A stretch of DNA of 11,834 bases from a candidate division FCPU426 bacterium (GCA_030637655.1 DAOWGI010000051.1:1-11834), one strand, 5' to 3'. Shown: positions 1 through 8,514, counted from the stretch's first letter. The notes: generated from the sequence alone by a model not told the origin. A program made the numbers and translations.

Positions 1-317
1 ACTTCCACTTCCATCGCATCAACCATCGTGCTTTGCGGATCACGAACCACACAATCCTTGGCTTGCCTGCCATATTTTTTCTTGCCGGCACCCGGATTAC
101 CGGGATCCGCCACAAACTCTTTGCGAAACGAAAAATCCACCAGCGTCTTTAAGCTTCGATCCGCCACAAAAATAATATGCCCGCCGTGTCCGCCATCACC
201 GCCATCCGGACCGCCTAAGGGCACAAACTTCTCACGGTGAAAATGGGATGAGCCATTTCCGCCGCGGCCGGCCTGCACACGAATTTGGGCACGATCAATA
301 AATAAATTCTTTTTCAT
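1..317 (-). CDS. obgE: GTPase ObgE/CgtA, N-terminal part (runs off the window edge)
   Basis: Not in the ORF track. Manual translation from ATG 317 gives MKKNLFIDRAQIRVQAGRGGNGSSHFHREKFVPLGGPDGGDGGHGG..., the glycine-rich Obg fold. GAGG RBS upstream; usual position after rplU-rpmA. Confidence 0.97.
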   Translation of the reverse strand, partial: MKKNLFIDRAQIRVQAGRGGNGSSHFHREKFVPLGGPDGGDGGHGGHIIFVADRSLKTLVDFSFRKEFVADPGNPGAGKKKYGRQAKDCVVRDPQSTMVDAMEVE

Positions 318-352
318 AATAGCCTCAAATGTAAAATGAATTGTCCGTGTCT

Positions 353-446
353 GTAGGGAACGGTCGCAACCGAAGGAAATCCCATTCGTAGGGAACAGTC
401 GCGACTGTTCCCTACAATTAATTCCGGTTGGGGGACCGTTCCCTAC
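353..446. repeat. Nested GTAG-type REP-like palindromes
   Basis: Perfect 28-bp palindrome GTAGGGAACAGTCGCGACTGTTCCCTAC (388-415) lies inside a perfect 13-bp outer inverted pair, GTAGGGAACGGTC (353-365) / GACCGTTCCCTAC (434-446). Confidence 0.85.
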
Positions 447-451
447 GATAT

Positions 452-487
452 AAAAAAAAGAGCCCTAAGGCGGACCTTAGGGCTCTT
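452..487 (-). terminator. Rho-independent terminator after rpmA
   Basis: 13-bp perfect stem AAGAGCCCTAAGG/CCTTAGGGCTCTT with a 4-nt loop, followed on the minus strand by a T-run, just downstream of the rpmA stop. Confidence 0.85.
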
Positions 488-505
488 GACTTTCGTAGAT
501 TCGCC

Positions 506-892
506 TTAGACGCCGGCTGCATCCTCCGAGGGGCGCGCTTTCGTTTCCGGCTCAAGTGTTGCAGTTGCGGTTTCTGTTGCCAACACAGTAGCTTTTTCAG
601 CTTGCAAAGCAGCAACGGTTTCAACCGGCGCCAGAGCATTGGCATCCAGCACAGAGATAAAACGGCGGCCACGTTCTTTGCCTATGTATTTCACCATACC
701 ACTAATCTTGGCAAATAGGGTGTTGTCTTTTCCCATACCCACGTTCTGTCCGGGCTTGAATTTGGCTCCGCGTTGGCGCACCAGAATACTACCGGCGGTT
801 ACCACCTGACCGGTAAAACGCTTGCAGCCCAGCCGTCGACCGGCGGAATCTCGTCCATTTGTACTTGAACCTTGTCCTTTTTTATGTGCCAT
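506..892 (-). CDS. rpmA: 50S ribosomal protein L27 with a C-terminal extension
   Basis: [22 protein letters not shown]...GSILVRQRG...GKDNTLFA signature; GGAGG RBS; directly follows rplU. Confidence 0.98.
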   Translation of the reverse strand: MAHKKGQGSSTNGRDSAGRRLGCKRFTGQVVTAGSILVRQRGAKFKPGQNVGMGKDNTLFAKISGMVKYIGKERGRRFISVLDANALAPVETVAALQAEKATVLATETATATLEPETKARPSEDAAGV

Positions 893-904
893 GCCTCTTG
901 CCTC

Positions 905-1222
905 CTACTTTCCGGGAACCACATCAACCACTTTGATCTGGGTATAATACTGGCGATGCCCACGAATGGTTGCTGAGTGTTTGCGAGCTTTGTACTTGTA
1001 ACTTATGACTTTGGCACCGCGAGCTTGACGAATAACCTCACCCACGACTTTGGCACCGGCAACCAGGGGTTTACCCACAGTTACTTTGTCATTGTCGCCA
1101 ATCAGAAGTACGCGGTCCAATTCAACCTGTTTCCCTACTTCCGCTTCCAGGCGCTCCACTTTGAGGAACGCGCCTTTATCTACTTTATACTGCTTCCCAC
1201 CTGTTTCAATTACTGCATACAT
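905..1222 (-). CDS. rplU: 50S ribosomal protein L21
   Basis: MYAVIETGGKQYKV...GHRQYYT motifs; GGAGG RBS. Confidence 0.98.
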   Translation of the reverse strand: MYAVIETGGKQYKVDKGAFLKVERLEAEVGKQVELDRVLLIGDNDKVTVGKPLVAGAKVVGEVIRQARGAKVISYKYKARKHSATIRGHRQYYTQIKVVDVVPGK

Positions 1223-1273
1223 GTTCCTACCTCCAGGAAATCGGCATAATACTCCACCGAACGAAGAAAAAAT

Positions 1274-1302
1274 AATATACTCAACCCAAAGTGTTTAGTC
1301 AA
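1274..1302 (-). promoter_or_regulatory. Sigma70-type promoter of rplU-rpmA
   Basis: Minus strand TTGACT (1302-1297), 17 bp spacer, TATATT (1279-1274), about 50 bp upstream of rplU. Confidence 0.65.
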
Positions 1303-1316
1303 GCCTTTTATTAAAA

Positions 1317-1465
1317 AATTGGTAACATGGCAGTCATGCGTTTTTTTGTTTGTCATCCCCGAATGCTTATATCGGGGATATGGTTTAAAAAACCAGATTC
1401 CCGATTAAACCCTCGGGAATGACAATCTTTGTTTAACTGCGCAGTTTACTGACATGTTACGAATT
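1317..1465. mobile_element. MITE/REP-like composite palindromic element
   Basis: Outer 18-bp IR with 2 mismatches (1317-1334 / 1448-1465). Inner IR TTGTCATCCCCGA / TCGGGAATGACAA (1350-1362 / 1413-1425). Three internal hairpins at 1355-1379, 1381-1395 and 1397-1420. Confidence 0.65.
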
Positions 1466-1577
1466 ATATCTATAAAAACAACAATTCTGCCGATATTATG
1501 CTTAAGGATAATACGGTCTATATCAAAATCCTGGTATAGCAAGAAACCGCAAATTTGTGCTTTAAGGAGTGTCTGTA

Positions 1578-2654
1578 ATGATAAAGCGAATGATAAGTAC
1601 TTTGCTCTTACTTGTGATCACAACTAGTTTGCTGCTTGGTTGTTCGCCCATACGCAAATGGAATCACCTCAATCGTCAAACCATTAAGTTCTTTGACGCC
1701 GGCAAATATACGGAAGCCACCAAATTGGCGGAAGAAGCTTTAACCTATGCGGAAGCCTCCTTTGGCAGCAATCATCTGCATGTGGCCACCTCTTTGAAAA
1801 ATCTGGTTTTTCTGCATAACATGCTGGGAGCTCATGATAAGGCACGGAATCTATTAACTCGTGCCCTGTCCATTAAAGAACTGAAACTCGGACCTGAGCA
1901 CCGGGAAATCGGTCTCCTGTTCATGCAGCTTTCTGAAACCTACCGATTTGAAGGCAATTACACGGAAGCGGAAACGTTTGGCAAACGATCCTTAGCAGTG
2001 CTTAAAAAGAGTCTGGACACAGAATCCCTTCTCTTAGCTGAAGCCATGAACAATCTGGCTTTTGTGTATGATGCCCAAAAGAAAAACAAACAAGCGGAAG
2101 CCTTGTATGAGGAAGTATTGACCATGCGGGAAAAAACACTGGGTGATAACAGCCCGGCTTTGCAACCGTATCTGAATAATCTGGAAAATATCTATCGCAA
2201 GCAGGGGAAAATCAATCAAGCCATTGAACTTTCCATTCGTTCCATAATCATAGAAACTCTGGAGAACCAGAGCATGCGGAGTGACTATGTACAATCCGTG
2301 GTTAATTTGGCATCCTTGTATTTGTCCTCCGGGCGCCACCTGGAGGCTGAACCAATGGCACGCCAAGCCTTACACCTGCATCAGGAAAAATTGGGGAAAT
2401 TGCATCCCCGCATTGCGTTGGATCTGGATCTGCTGGCTCGCATTCTGATCCACGAAGGACGTCTGGAAGAAGCCGACTCCTTGTACCGACGAGCCCTCAA
2501 GATTCAGGAAAACGCGCTTCCGGCAGATCATCCGCATCGAAAAGAGGTTACTAATAATTATATTCAATTGTTAATAAAAACGGGCCGGCGGGCAGATGCG
2601 AAAAAACTGGAAGCAGAAATGCAAGCTGTGAATCATCAATTAAAAAAGGAATAG
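1578..2654 (+). CDS. Tetratricopeptide-repeat lipoprotein (kinesin-light-chain-like TPR_10/TPR_12 repeats)
   Basis: About 42-aa repeats (A..L.NLA..Y...G....AE.L...AL...E..LG..HP) and a lipobox LLLGC. AAGGAG at 1564-1569 favours ATG 1578 over GTG 1569. Confidence 0.85.
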   Translation: MIKRMISTLLLLVITTSLLLGCSPIRKWNHLNRQTIKFFDAGKYTEATKLAEEALTYAEASFGSNHLHVATSLKNLVFLHNMLGAHDKARNLLTRALSIKELKLGPEHREIGLLFMQLSETYRFEGNYTEAETFGKRSLAVLKKSLDTESLLLAEAMNNLAFVYDAQKKNKQAEALYEEVLTMREKTLGDNSPALQPYLNNLENIYRKQGKINQAIELSIRSIIIETLENQSMRSDYVQSVVNLASLYLSSGRHLEAEPMARQALHLHQEKLGKLHPRIALDLDLLARILIHEGRLEEADSLYRRALKIQENALPADHPHRKEVTNNYIQLLIKTGRRADAKKLEAEMQAVNHQLKKE

Positions 2655-3511
2655 GTCAAGCCTAAAGAGAGAATCTGTTTGAGCTGGCGGCGCACAGAAA
2701 TATCATGATCGTAAAACAATTCTACATTCAGCTGCACATTAATATATTTTGCCAAGGCAGCCGTGAAATTATTATCCCAGCGCACATCCGTGGTATCCAT
2801 ACTTTTTAAATTGGAAAAAAATTCCAACTTTGAAGTAAACAAAAGAATATCGGTTAGCTGCAGACGAAAGTCGGTAGTGGATTCCAAACCCGCCTCAACC
2901 TTTATTTTTTCAATGTCTGCGGTATCCGGATCATCCGTATAGGGAACGGGAAAATCCCGGGTTATGCTCTCTTTGATTGCCAAACCCAAGCGTGTTTCTA
3001 CTATCGGATCAAATGCATAGCCTAAGCCCAGACTCTCGATAAAATAACCGGGATCCAAAAAATCGGCAATCTGAATTTTTACTTCGTCCTGATATTCATA
3101 GCTTGGTGTTAGTTGGGTCTCACCTTTCAGACTGAGGTATGGATTGAGATACTTTGCCAATGAGTAGGTAAAAACACTTTCTATTTTGATATCATCCGAA
3201 GATTTCCGGAATTCCTGTCCACCGGTCTGGGTCTCACCATAGGATATTTTTCCCGAATTGGTCCACTGATACTGTCCGGTTTTTAATTGCGCTTTACCCC
3301 GTAATCCCAATTGCCAGGAAATACTGTTTTCACCGCCTTGGGACCAGTTATCAAAACGATTTTGGGTTAAATTGAGCTGCCCGATAGCCTCATTTTTCCA
3401 CAAACTCTGCGCAGTCGGCGTATTGGCGATTTCTTCTGCTTGGACGCACACGCTGCTGATTAGACAAGCCAAGAGTAACAGACATACCAACCGAATACGT
3501 ATACCCAACAT
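2636..3511 (-). CDS. DUF3078-family putative outer-membrane beta-barrel protein
   Basis: Signal peptide ending VQA; Q..F.NW..GGEN, RKS.D, F.DPGY and DV.WDN motifs; barrel-type C-terminus LGLTYSF. Its 3' end overlaps the TPR gene convergently by 19 bp. Confidence 0.8.
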   Translation of the reverse strand: MLGIRIRLVCLLLLACLISSVCVQAEEIANTPTAQSLWKNEAIGQLNLTQNRFDNWSQGGENSISWQLGLRGKAQLKTGQYQWTNSGKISYGETQTGGQEFRKSSDDIKIESVFTYSLAKYLNPYLSLKGETQLTPSYEYQDEVKIQIADFLDPGYFIESLGLGYAFDPIVETRLGLAIKESITRDFPVPYTDDPDTADIEKIKVEAGLESTTDFRLQLTDILLFTSKLEFFSNLKSMDTTDVRWDNNFTAALAKYINVQLNVELFYDHDISVRRQLKQILSLGLTYSFFN

Positions 3512-3540
3512 TTCTCATCCCTTGGTTTATATAATCTTCT

Positions 3541-3590
3541 GTAGAGACGCGATTAATCGCGTCTCTACAAGGCGTCAATCGCGTCTCTAC
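3541..3590. repeat. GTAG-type REP-like palindrome plus a duplicated right arm
   Basis: Perfect 28-bp palindrome GTAGAGACGCGATTAATCGCGTCTCTAC (3541-3568); arm AATCGCGTCTCTAC repeated at 3577-3590. Confidence 0.85.
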
Positions 3591-3597
3591 ACGACGA

Positions 3598-5703
3598 TTA
3601 AAAAAACAGATTACCCCATTTGACAAAGACAGGCGCCAAGACTAATGACACCACGCTCATTAACTTAATTAAAATATTTAAGGACGGACCGGCTGTGTCT
3701 TTGAACGGATCACCAACCGTATCACCTACTACCGCTGCTTTGTGCGCATCCGAACCTTTGCCGCCGTGCGCGCCGCCTTCAATGTGTTTTTTAGCGTTGT
3801 CCCATGCGCCACCGGCATTGGACATAAATATTGCCATCAACACACCACACACTGTAACCCCCGCTAAAAGTCCGCCCAGGGCACGGAGGCTGACAAAACC
3901 AACAATCACCGGAACACAGACAGCTAGAAGTCCGGGCATAACCATTTCTCTAATCGCAGCGTCAGTAGAAATTTCCACGCATTTGGCATATTCAGCTTGG
4001 GCTTTGCCTTCCATTAAACCGGGAATGTTCTTAAACTGACGACGAACCTCTTCAATCATGGCCTTAGCTGCGCGGCCCACAGCATTCATGGCAAATGAGC
4101 TGAAAAGAAAAGGCAGCATGCCGCCCACAAACAATCCGGCCATAACCACTGGATCGGAAATATCAATAGTAGTTAACCCCACCTGGGTACGAAAAGCAGA
4201 GAAAAGCGCCAACGCGGTCAAGGCAGCCGAACCAATGGCAAAACCTTTACCAATCGCTGCCGTGGTATTTCCCACTGCATCCAGTTTATCCGTGCGCGCA
4301 CGAACCTCTTTGGGCAGCTTAGCCATTTCGGCAATACCGCCGGCATTGTCTGCAATCGGACCGTAGGCGTCAACTGCCAACTGAATACCCGTAGTGGAAA
4401 GCATTCCTAAAGCAGCAATGGCAATTCCGTACAGACCAGCCAGTTTAAAGGCCACCACAATAGCCACTGCAATAACGATCAATGGAATAGCGGTGGAGTT
4501 CATACCAATAGCCAGACCCTTAATGATATTTGTTGCACTACCGGTTTCCGAAGCATCGGCAATACTACGGGCTGGTTTTCGATTCTCCGCGGTATAGTAT
4601 TCCGTCACACCGGCAATAATCAAACCGGCCGCCAGACCAACCACTGTGGCCAAAGCAATGCCCCACCAGTAAAAAGTGGTTCCGGAAACAGTGAATTTGG
4701 CAGGCAGCATTACTTTGATCAGCACTATAGTTAATACTGCCATCAAACCGGCTGTTAAAAAAGTTCCGGTATTTAACGCAGCCTGCGGGTTGCCGCCTTC
4801 TTTGGTACGCACGAAGAAGGTACCTAAAATGGAAATAATAATTCCGGCTGCCGCAATAATCAAGGGCAGCATAATCGCATTGAACTTCATACCCGCGCCG
4901 CCCGGTTCGGCGGCAATGGCAGGAATCCAAATTGCGCCCAAGACCATAGCACCGATAATGGATCCAACATAGGATTCAAAAAGATCCGCACCCATGCCGG
5001 CCACATCACCCACATTATCGCCGACATTGTCCGCGATGGTTGCGGGATTGCGCGGATCATCTTCCGGAATACCAGCTTCAACTTTACCGACCAGGTCAGC
5101 GCCCACATCCGCGGCTTTGGTGTAAATACCGCCGCCCACACGGGCAAACAGAGCTATTGAGCTGGCGCCCAATGAAAACCCGGCTATGGTATTAATAACA
5201 ATGGAGGTTTCATTGCCTGTAAAATTCCAGATGTTGCAATAAATAAGCAAGAGAAGTCCGAGTCCCAAAGTAGCCAGACCAACCACGCTCATGCCCATAA
5301 CAGCGCCGCCGCTGAAGGCAACTTCCAAGGCGGCATTCAAGCTCTTTCGCGCTGCGGAGGCTGTACGGTAATTGGCTGCCGTAGCCACGCGCATGCCAAA
5401 GAAACCTGCCAGACCGGAACATATGGCTCCGACCACAAAAGAAAGTCCAACCATCCAGCTGGAACCTTCCATGCCCGCATTGGCTAGTGCCAAGAGCACG
5501 GCCACACAACCCACAAAAACTGCCAACACTTTATATTCGCGGCCTAAAAACGCCATGGCGCCTTCGCGAATATGTCCGCCAATCTCAACCATTTTTTCAG
5601 TCCCGCTGTCAGCCTTATTCACTTGTTTGGCTTTAAAATACGCGAACAGCAAAGCCAACACACCGGCAGCAGGAGTAATGTACAGCATCATTTCCAGACT
5701 CAT
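3598..5703 (-). CDS. hppA: Membrane-bound K+-dependent, probably Na+-translocating pyrophosphatase
   Basis: [29 protein letters not shown] and [10 protein letters not shown] motifs. GNTTAA has Ala at the K+ determinant; gate Glu lies in ADLFESY, as in Na+-PPases. Confidence 0.95.
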   Translation of the reverse strand: MSLEMMLYITPAAGVLALLFAYFKAKQVNKADSGTEKMVEIGGHIREGAMAFLGREYKVLAVFVGCVAVLLALANAGMEGSSWMVGLSFVVGAICSGLAGFFGMRVATAANYRTASAARKSLNAALEVAFSGGAVMGMSVVGLATLGLGLLLLIYCNIWNFTGNETSIVINTIAGFSLGASSIALFARVGGGIYTKAADVGADLVGKVEAGIPEDDPRNPATIADNVGDNVGDVAGMGADLFESYVGSIIGAMVLGAIWIPAIAAEPGGAGMKFNAIMLPLIIAAAGIIISILGTFFVRTKEGGNPQAALNTGTFLTAGLMAVLTIVLIKVMLPAKFTVSGTTFYWWGIALATVVGLAAGLIIAGVTEYYTAENRKPARSIADASETGSATNIIKGLAIGMNSTAIPLIVIAVAIVVAFKLAGLYGIAIAALGMLSTTGIQLAVDAYGPIADNAGGIAEMAKLPKEVRARTDKLDAVGNTTAAIGKGFAIGSAALTALALFSAFRTQVGLTTIDISDPVVMAGLFVGGMLPFLFSSFAMNAVGRAAKAMIEEVRRQFKNIPGLMEGKAQAEYAKCVEISTDAAIREMVMPGLLAVCVPVIVGFVSLRALGGLLAGVTVCGVLMAIFMSNAGGAWDNAKKHIEGGAHGGKGSDAHKAAVVGDTVGDPFKDTAGPSLNILIKLMSVVSLVLAPVFVKWGNLFF

Positions 5704-5848
5704 CTTTTCTTCTCCTCGTTGAAATTTTATAATTGCTTAATATGTCTCAGGACAGTATTTTTCATAGATGTGGAGTAATCAAACAGCGAGAAATACAACC
5801 TATAGATATGAAAGTATGGCTATACTGTTTCCGACATAATCGGGCAGC

Positions 5849-5878
5849 ATCATAGCAAAGCTTTCAGGCCGTAGTCAA
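5849..5878 (-). promoter_or_regulatory. Sigma70-type promoter of hppA
   Basis: Minus strand TTGACT (5878-5873), 18 bp spacer, TATGAT (5854-5849) with an extended -10 TGn. Confidence 0.55.
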
Positions 5879-5930
5879 CAGGAAAAATGGAAGCATAATA
5901 ATTTCTCTTAATTTTATTCCTCTGTGATCT

Positions 5931-6371
5931 TCAGGAAGAGTCAAAGGTATTCCGGCAGGGCCGGTTTTCCTGGATCAGCATCCACTGCGAGGAATTCACA
6001 ATAGGCCGAAAACCCACTTTCTCATACACGCCTTGAGCATCCGGCGTGCGCAACATCCACTGATAGACCAGTCTTAATTTTTTGTGATCCAAGGTAAAGC
6101 GTACCATACTCTGACCGATCCCTTGCTTACGCCGATTCTCCTCAACCACCACATCCATGATATAAGCAAAACAAACCTGATCTGAAACCACGCGCAAATA
6201 TCCAACCAGCGTTGAATCCAGATAGGCCCCCACAACTAAGGCCGAATGCTTGGCAGCATAGCGCACCTCATTTTGCGTAATACCTTTGCACCAATGTTCA
6301 CGGGCGAGCAATTCGGTTGCCTTTTCAAAATCAATTTGCTCAATCCGGTCGGCAAAATGAAGATTTTGCAT
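5931..6371 (-). CDS. GNAT-family N-acetyltransferase
   Basis: VGYLRVVSD..FAYIMDVVV...RKQGIG acetyl-CoA motif and A.GVYEKVGF. Start moved to ATG 6371 because AAAGGA lies at 6385-6380. Confidence 0.9.
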   Translation of the reverse strand: MQNLHFADRIEQIDFEKATELLAREHWCKGITQNEVRYAAKHSALVVGAYLDSTLVGYLRVVSDQVCFAYIMDVVVEENRRKQGIGQSMVRFTLDHKKLRLVYQWMLRTPDAQGVYEKVGFRPIVNSSQWMLIQENRPCRNTFDSS

Positions 6372-6444
6372 ACGAATGATCCTTTGATATTTTATGCATA
6401 TACACCTGCTCGTATCAGGAAGCACAGTTCAGTTTTACGATATT

Positions 6445-6689
6445 TTATCCTTCATATAAATACTGCTGAAAATTTACCACATACAGGTAATGCCCCGTGG
6501 CTTGCCACGGGAATACCGCATACCCTCTCCCTTTGGAGAGGGATAAAGGGTGAGGGTCACCTTATCATGCCCTGCGGCTTGCCGCAGGGTAATTGACAAA
6601 CGTGTTTTTAATAATATCCACCCCGCCAAGTGCCTCAGCAGCATCTGCCAGGGATCAATTAGCTCTGCTCTGGTTTCCGCTTCATTCAT
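6445..6689 (-). pseudogene. hsdR: Type I RM restriction subunit remnant (N- and C-terminal stubs only)
   Basis: ATG 6689 gives MNEAETRAELIDP, an HsdR N-terminus. It is joined out of frame to LADAAEALGGVDIIKNTF (6651-6598) and, after a 120-bp insertion, VNFQQYLYEG* (6477-6445), resembling the EcoEI-R-type C-terminus. Confidence 0.8.
6478..6597. mobile_element. 120-bp non-autonomous IS200/IS605-like mini-element
   Basis: Two directly oriented GGC-TT-GCC hairpins (6494-6511, 6570-6589) and a central CCCTCTCC/GGAGAGGG hairpin (6523-6542). Removing it restores the hsdR frame ...NTF|VNFQQYLY; no target duplication beyond an ambiguous GT. Confidence 0.7.
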
Positions 6690-6706
6690 AAGTGCTAGTC
6701 CCCGCA

Positions 6707-7846
6707 CTAAATAAAAATATCCAGGTATTTTTTATACATGTAGGATTGACCATATTTCTGGTCTTCATCTTTTTTGGTAAGAATCCCGATTTTAATAAAC
6801 CGGTCAATAACAGTCTGCGCGCCTGCGCGTGTGAATCCGGTCCACTTTTGCACAAGCGCCGTATTGACAATGGGCTGACCGTACAATTTTGGCAATACTG
6901 CAACCGCACTTTCTGATGCACGTTTACCTAGTGCCTGTATCTTGACCATATCTTTTTCACGCAACACAGTAATCTTCCCAACCATGTCTATGGCTTCATT
7001 GGCAATTTCAATCACGCCATCCAAATAAAAATCCAGCCACGTATATATTTTGCCTTCATGGTAGTCTGACAGCTTTTCGTAATAGAGTTTCTGGTGTTTT
7101 TTGAAATACGCTGATAAAAACAAAACCGGTTTTTCTAAAAACCGCTCTTTCCACAAATAAAAGGTAATGAGCATTCGTCCGGTTCTGCCATTGCCATCCA
7201 AAAAAGGATGAATGGTCTCAAACTGGGCATGAACCAAACCAGCCTTTATCACTATGGGGATTTCGTCTTCTATATTAATGAATTTCTCCAGGTCCGCCAA
7301 TGCTTGCTTCATTTCATGCACTGGCGGTGGAACAAAAACAGCATTATCCGGACGAGTTCCGCCTATCCAATTCTGGCTTTTCCGAAATTGACCGGGATCA
7401 GAATAATGAGATGATCTTGCCTTGTGCATAAGCTCTTTATGCAGTTCGCGTATAAAACGAAGCACCATGGGAAAATTATCCTCTTTGGCACGTTTCATGC
7501 CATAATCGAGCGCCTTGAGATAATACAATATATCATCAACATCTTTTGGGATACGGTCACTTATTTTGACTTCAGCTTCAATGGCATCCATCATGGTGGC
7601 CATGGTGCCTTCAATCTGGCTGGAAGAAGCAGCATCTTTTCTCAGATACATGAGCAAGAAAAAGTCAGCATCCGGCAAAAGTTTGGTAATACCATCCAGT
7701 TTGCCCAAAAGCCTCGTGGCTTCACTGTCTTTTTTCAATATTTTCGGATCAAAATCAAATCCAGCTTTGGTTGGAAAAGGATTGGGTATAAAGGCGTTAT
7801 AGCCCTGAGGTTGGGATCTTAATATTCCGATTTCAATTGCTTTCAT
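6707..7846 (-). CDS. Fic-family AMPylase, SoFic-like (class II, N-terminal inhibitory helix, probable C-terminal winged helix)
   Basis: Catalytic HPFLDGNGRTGR; inhibitory SSQIEG; PGQFR.SQNWIG; C-terminal helix-turn-helix-like segment. Confidence 0.93.
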   Translation of the reverse strand: MKAIEIGILRSQPQGYNAFIPNPFPTKAGFDFDPKILKKDSEATRLLGKLDGITKLLPDADFFLLMYLRKDAASSSQIEGTMATMMDAIEAEVKISDRIPKDVDDILYYLKALDYGMKRAKEDNFPMVLRFIRELHKELMHKARSSHYSDPGQFRKSQNWIGGTRPDNAVFVPPPVHEMKQALADLEKFINIEDEIPIVIKAGLVHAQFETIHPFLDGNGRTGRMLITFYLWKERFLEKPVLFLSAYFKKHQKLYYEKLSDYHEGKIYTWLDFYLDGVIEIANEAIDMVGKITVLREKDMVKIQALGKRASESAVAVLPKLYGQPIVNTALVQKWTGFTRAGAQTVIDRFIKIGILTKKDEDQKYGQSYMYKKYLDIFI

Positions 7847-7847
7847 G

Positions 7848-7926
7848 AGTTTGTTTGCATCCTTTTTTTGAATGTATACAAACTATAGCAGTTTGTATAC
7901 ATCTGGTCAAGCAATGTATACAAACT
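7848..7926 (-). promoter_or_regulatory. fic promoter overlapped by 13-bp operator-like boxes
   Basis: TTGACC (7910-7905), 17 bp, TGc-TATAGT (7887-7882). Box ATGTATACAAACT at 7872-7884, inverted at 7890-7902, again at 7914-7926; 11/13 inverted copy at 7848-7860. Confidence 0.7.
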
Positions 7927-7934
7927 TTTGTGCA

Positions 7935-8060
7935 TTATAACTCTCCCTGAAAAGCCTTGTTTAATAAGGGTTTTTTCAACTCCTCCAGATCAGAAAGCTT
8001 CTTCTGGTAGATCGTTTCCAGCTTTTTTGTTTCAACAGAGAGAGAATCGAGTTTGTTGAC
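7935..8060 (-). pseudogene. hsdS: Type I RM specificity subunit, C-terminal stub
   Basis: Not in the ORF track. Translates VNKLDSLSVETKKLETIYQKKLSDLEELKKPLLNKAFQGEL*, the HsdS terminal coiled coil ending KAF.GEL; no start or TRDs upstream. Confidence 0.85.
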
Positions 8061-8514
8061 AGTTAATCCACTCTTTAGAATGTCCTTTTGCAAGGTAAGT
8101 TTTCATAGCACGATCAAAAGCCAATTCGGGATCTTCGGTTTCTTCAATTCGTTCGTATCCCACTTTTGCCAACCATACTTTAAATGGTTCTGCTTTAGGT
8201 GAAGGAATTGATTGAATCAGACGTAAAAGTTGTTCGGTGTCAGCTACATCTGCCATTCGCGCTTTGCCGTCTTTGGCAAGCATTTTCAAACGGTTACAAT
8301 TTGTAACCGTTTCGTTTCCTTCTTTTAAAAGCCTGTATTTTAATACTTTCCAGTAATTCCTTGCTCCTTGAAAATCTTGTTGAGCTGTTAAAATTGCCAC
8401 AACATCAATAATAGAGAAATACCAAAGCTCTTTTTCCTCGTCCCAATGAGTTCTGACAGCTTGCTTTTAGAATAACTGTATTTTATTTTCCTTCTTTGCT
8501 TTTTTGTTATCCAT
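8061..8514 (-). pseudogene. BRO-N (phage antirepressor-like) DNA-binding protein pseudogene
   Basis: ATG 8514 gives MDNKKAKKENKIQLF*KQAVRTHWDEEKELWYFSIIDVVAILT... with an in-frame TAA at 8469-8467. RNYWKVLK and QSIPSPKAEPFK.WLA motifs are present. Similarity stops at EWIN, where it fuses to the hsdS stub. Confidence 0.8.

Noticed and set aside
28-240. 70-aa plus-strand ORF
   Set aside because: Antisense shadow of the glycine-rich obgE N-terminus.
418-1298. ORFs 418-672, 428-718, 977-1249 and 1050-1298
   Set aside because: Alternate-frame or antisense overlaps of rpmA and rplU with no recognisable motifs.
353-3590. Palindromic repeats as a CRISPR array
   Set aside because: No run of identical repeats with regular spacers and no cas genes; structure fits REP/MITE elements.
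3372-5778. Many short ORFs over hppA and the REP at 3541
   Set aside because: Antisense or alternate-frame shadows of a hydrophobic gene, or translations of the palindrome.
6590-6625. Plus-strand TTGACA...TAATAT as a promoter antisense to fic
   Set aside because: Spacing is too short for sigma70 and TTGAC is the mini-element end; probably coincidental.
6474-6707. 77-aa ORF as a real small protein
   Set aside because: Chimera of 13 HsdR codons, out-of-frame hsdR tail and mini-element sequence.
8032-8400. 122-aa ORF as an intact gene
   Set aside because: Internal piece of the bro pseudogene; true start is 8514, with a stop at codon 16 and a 3' end running out of frame into hsdS.
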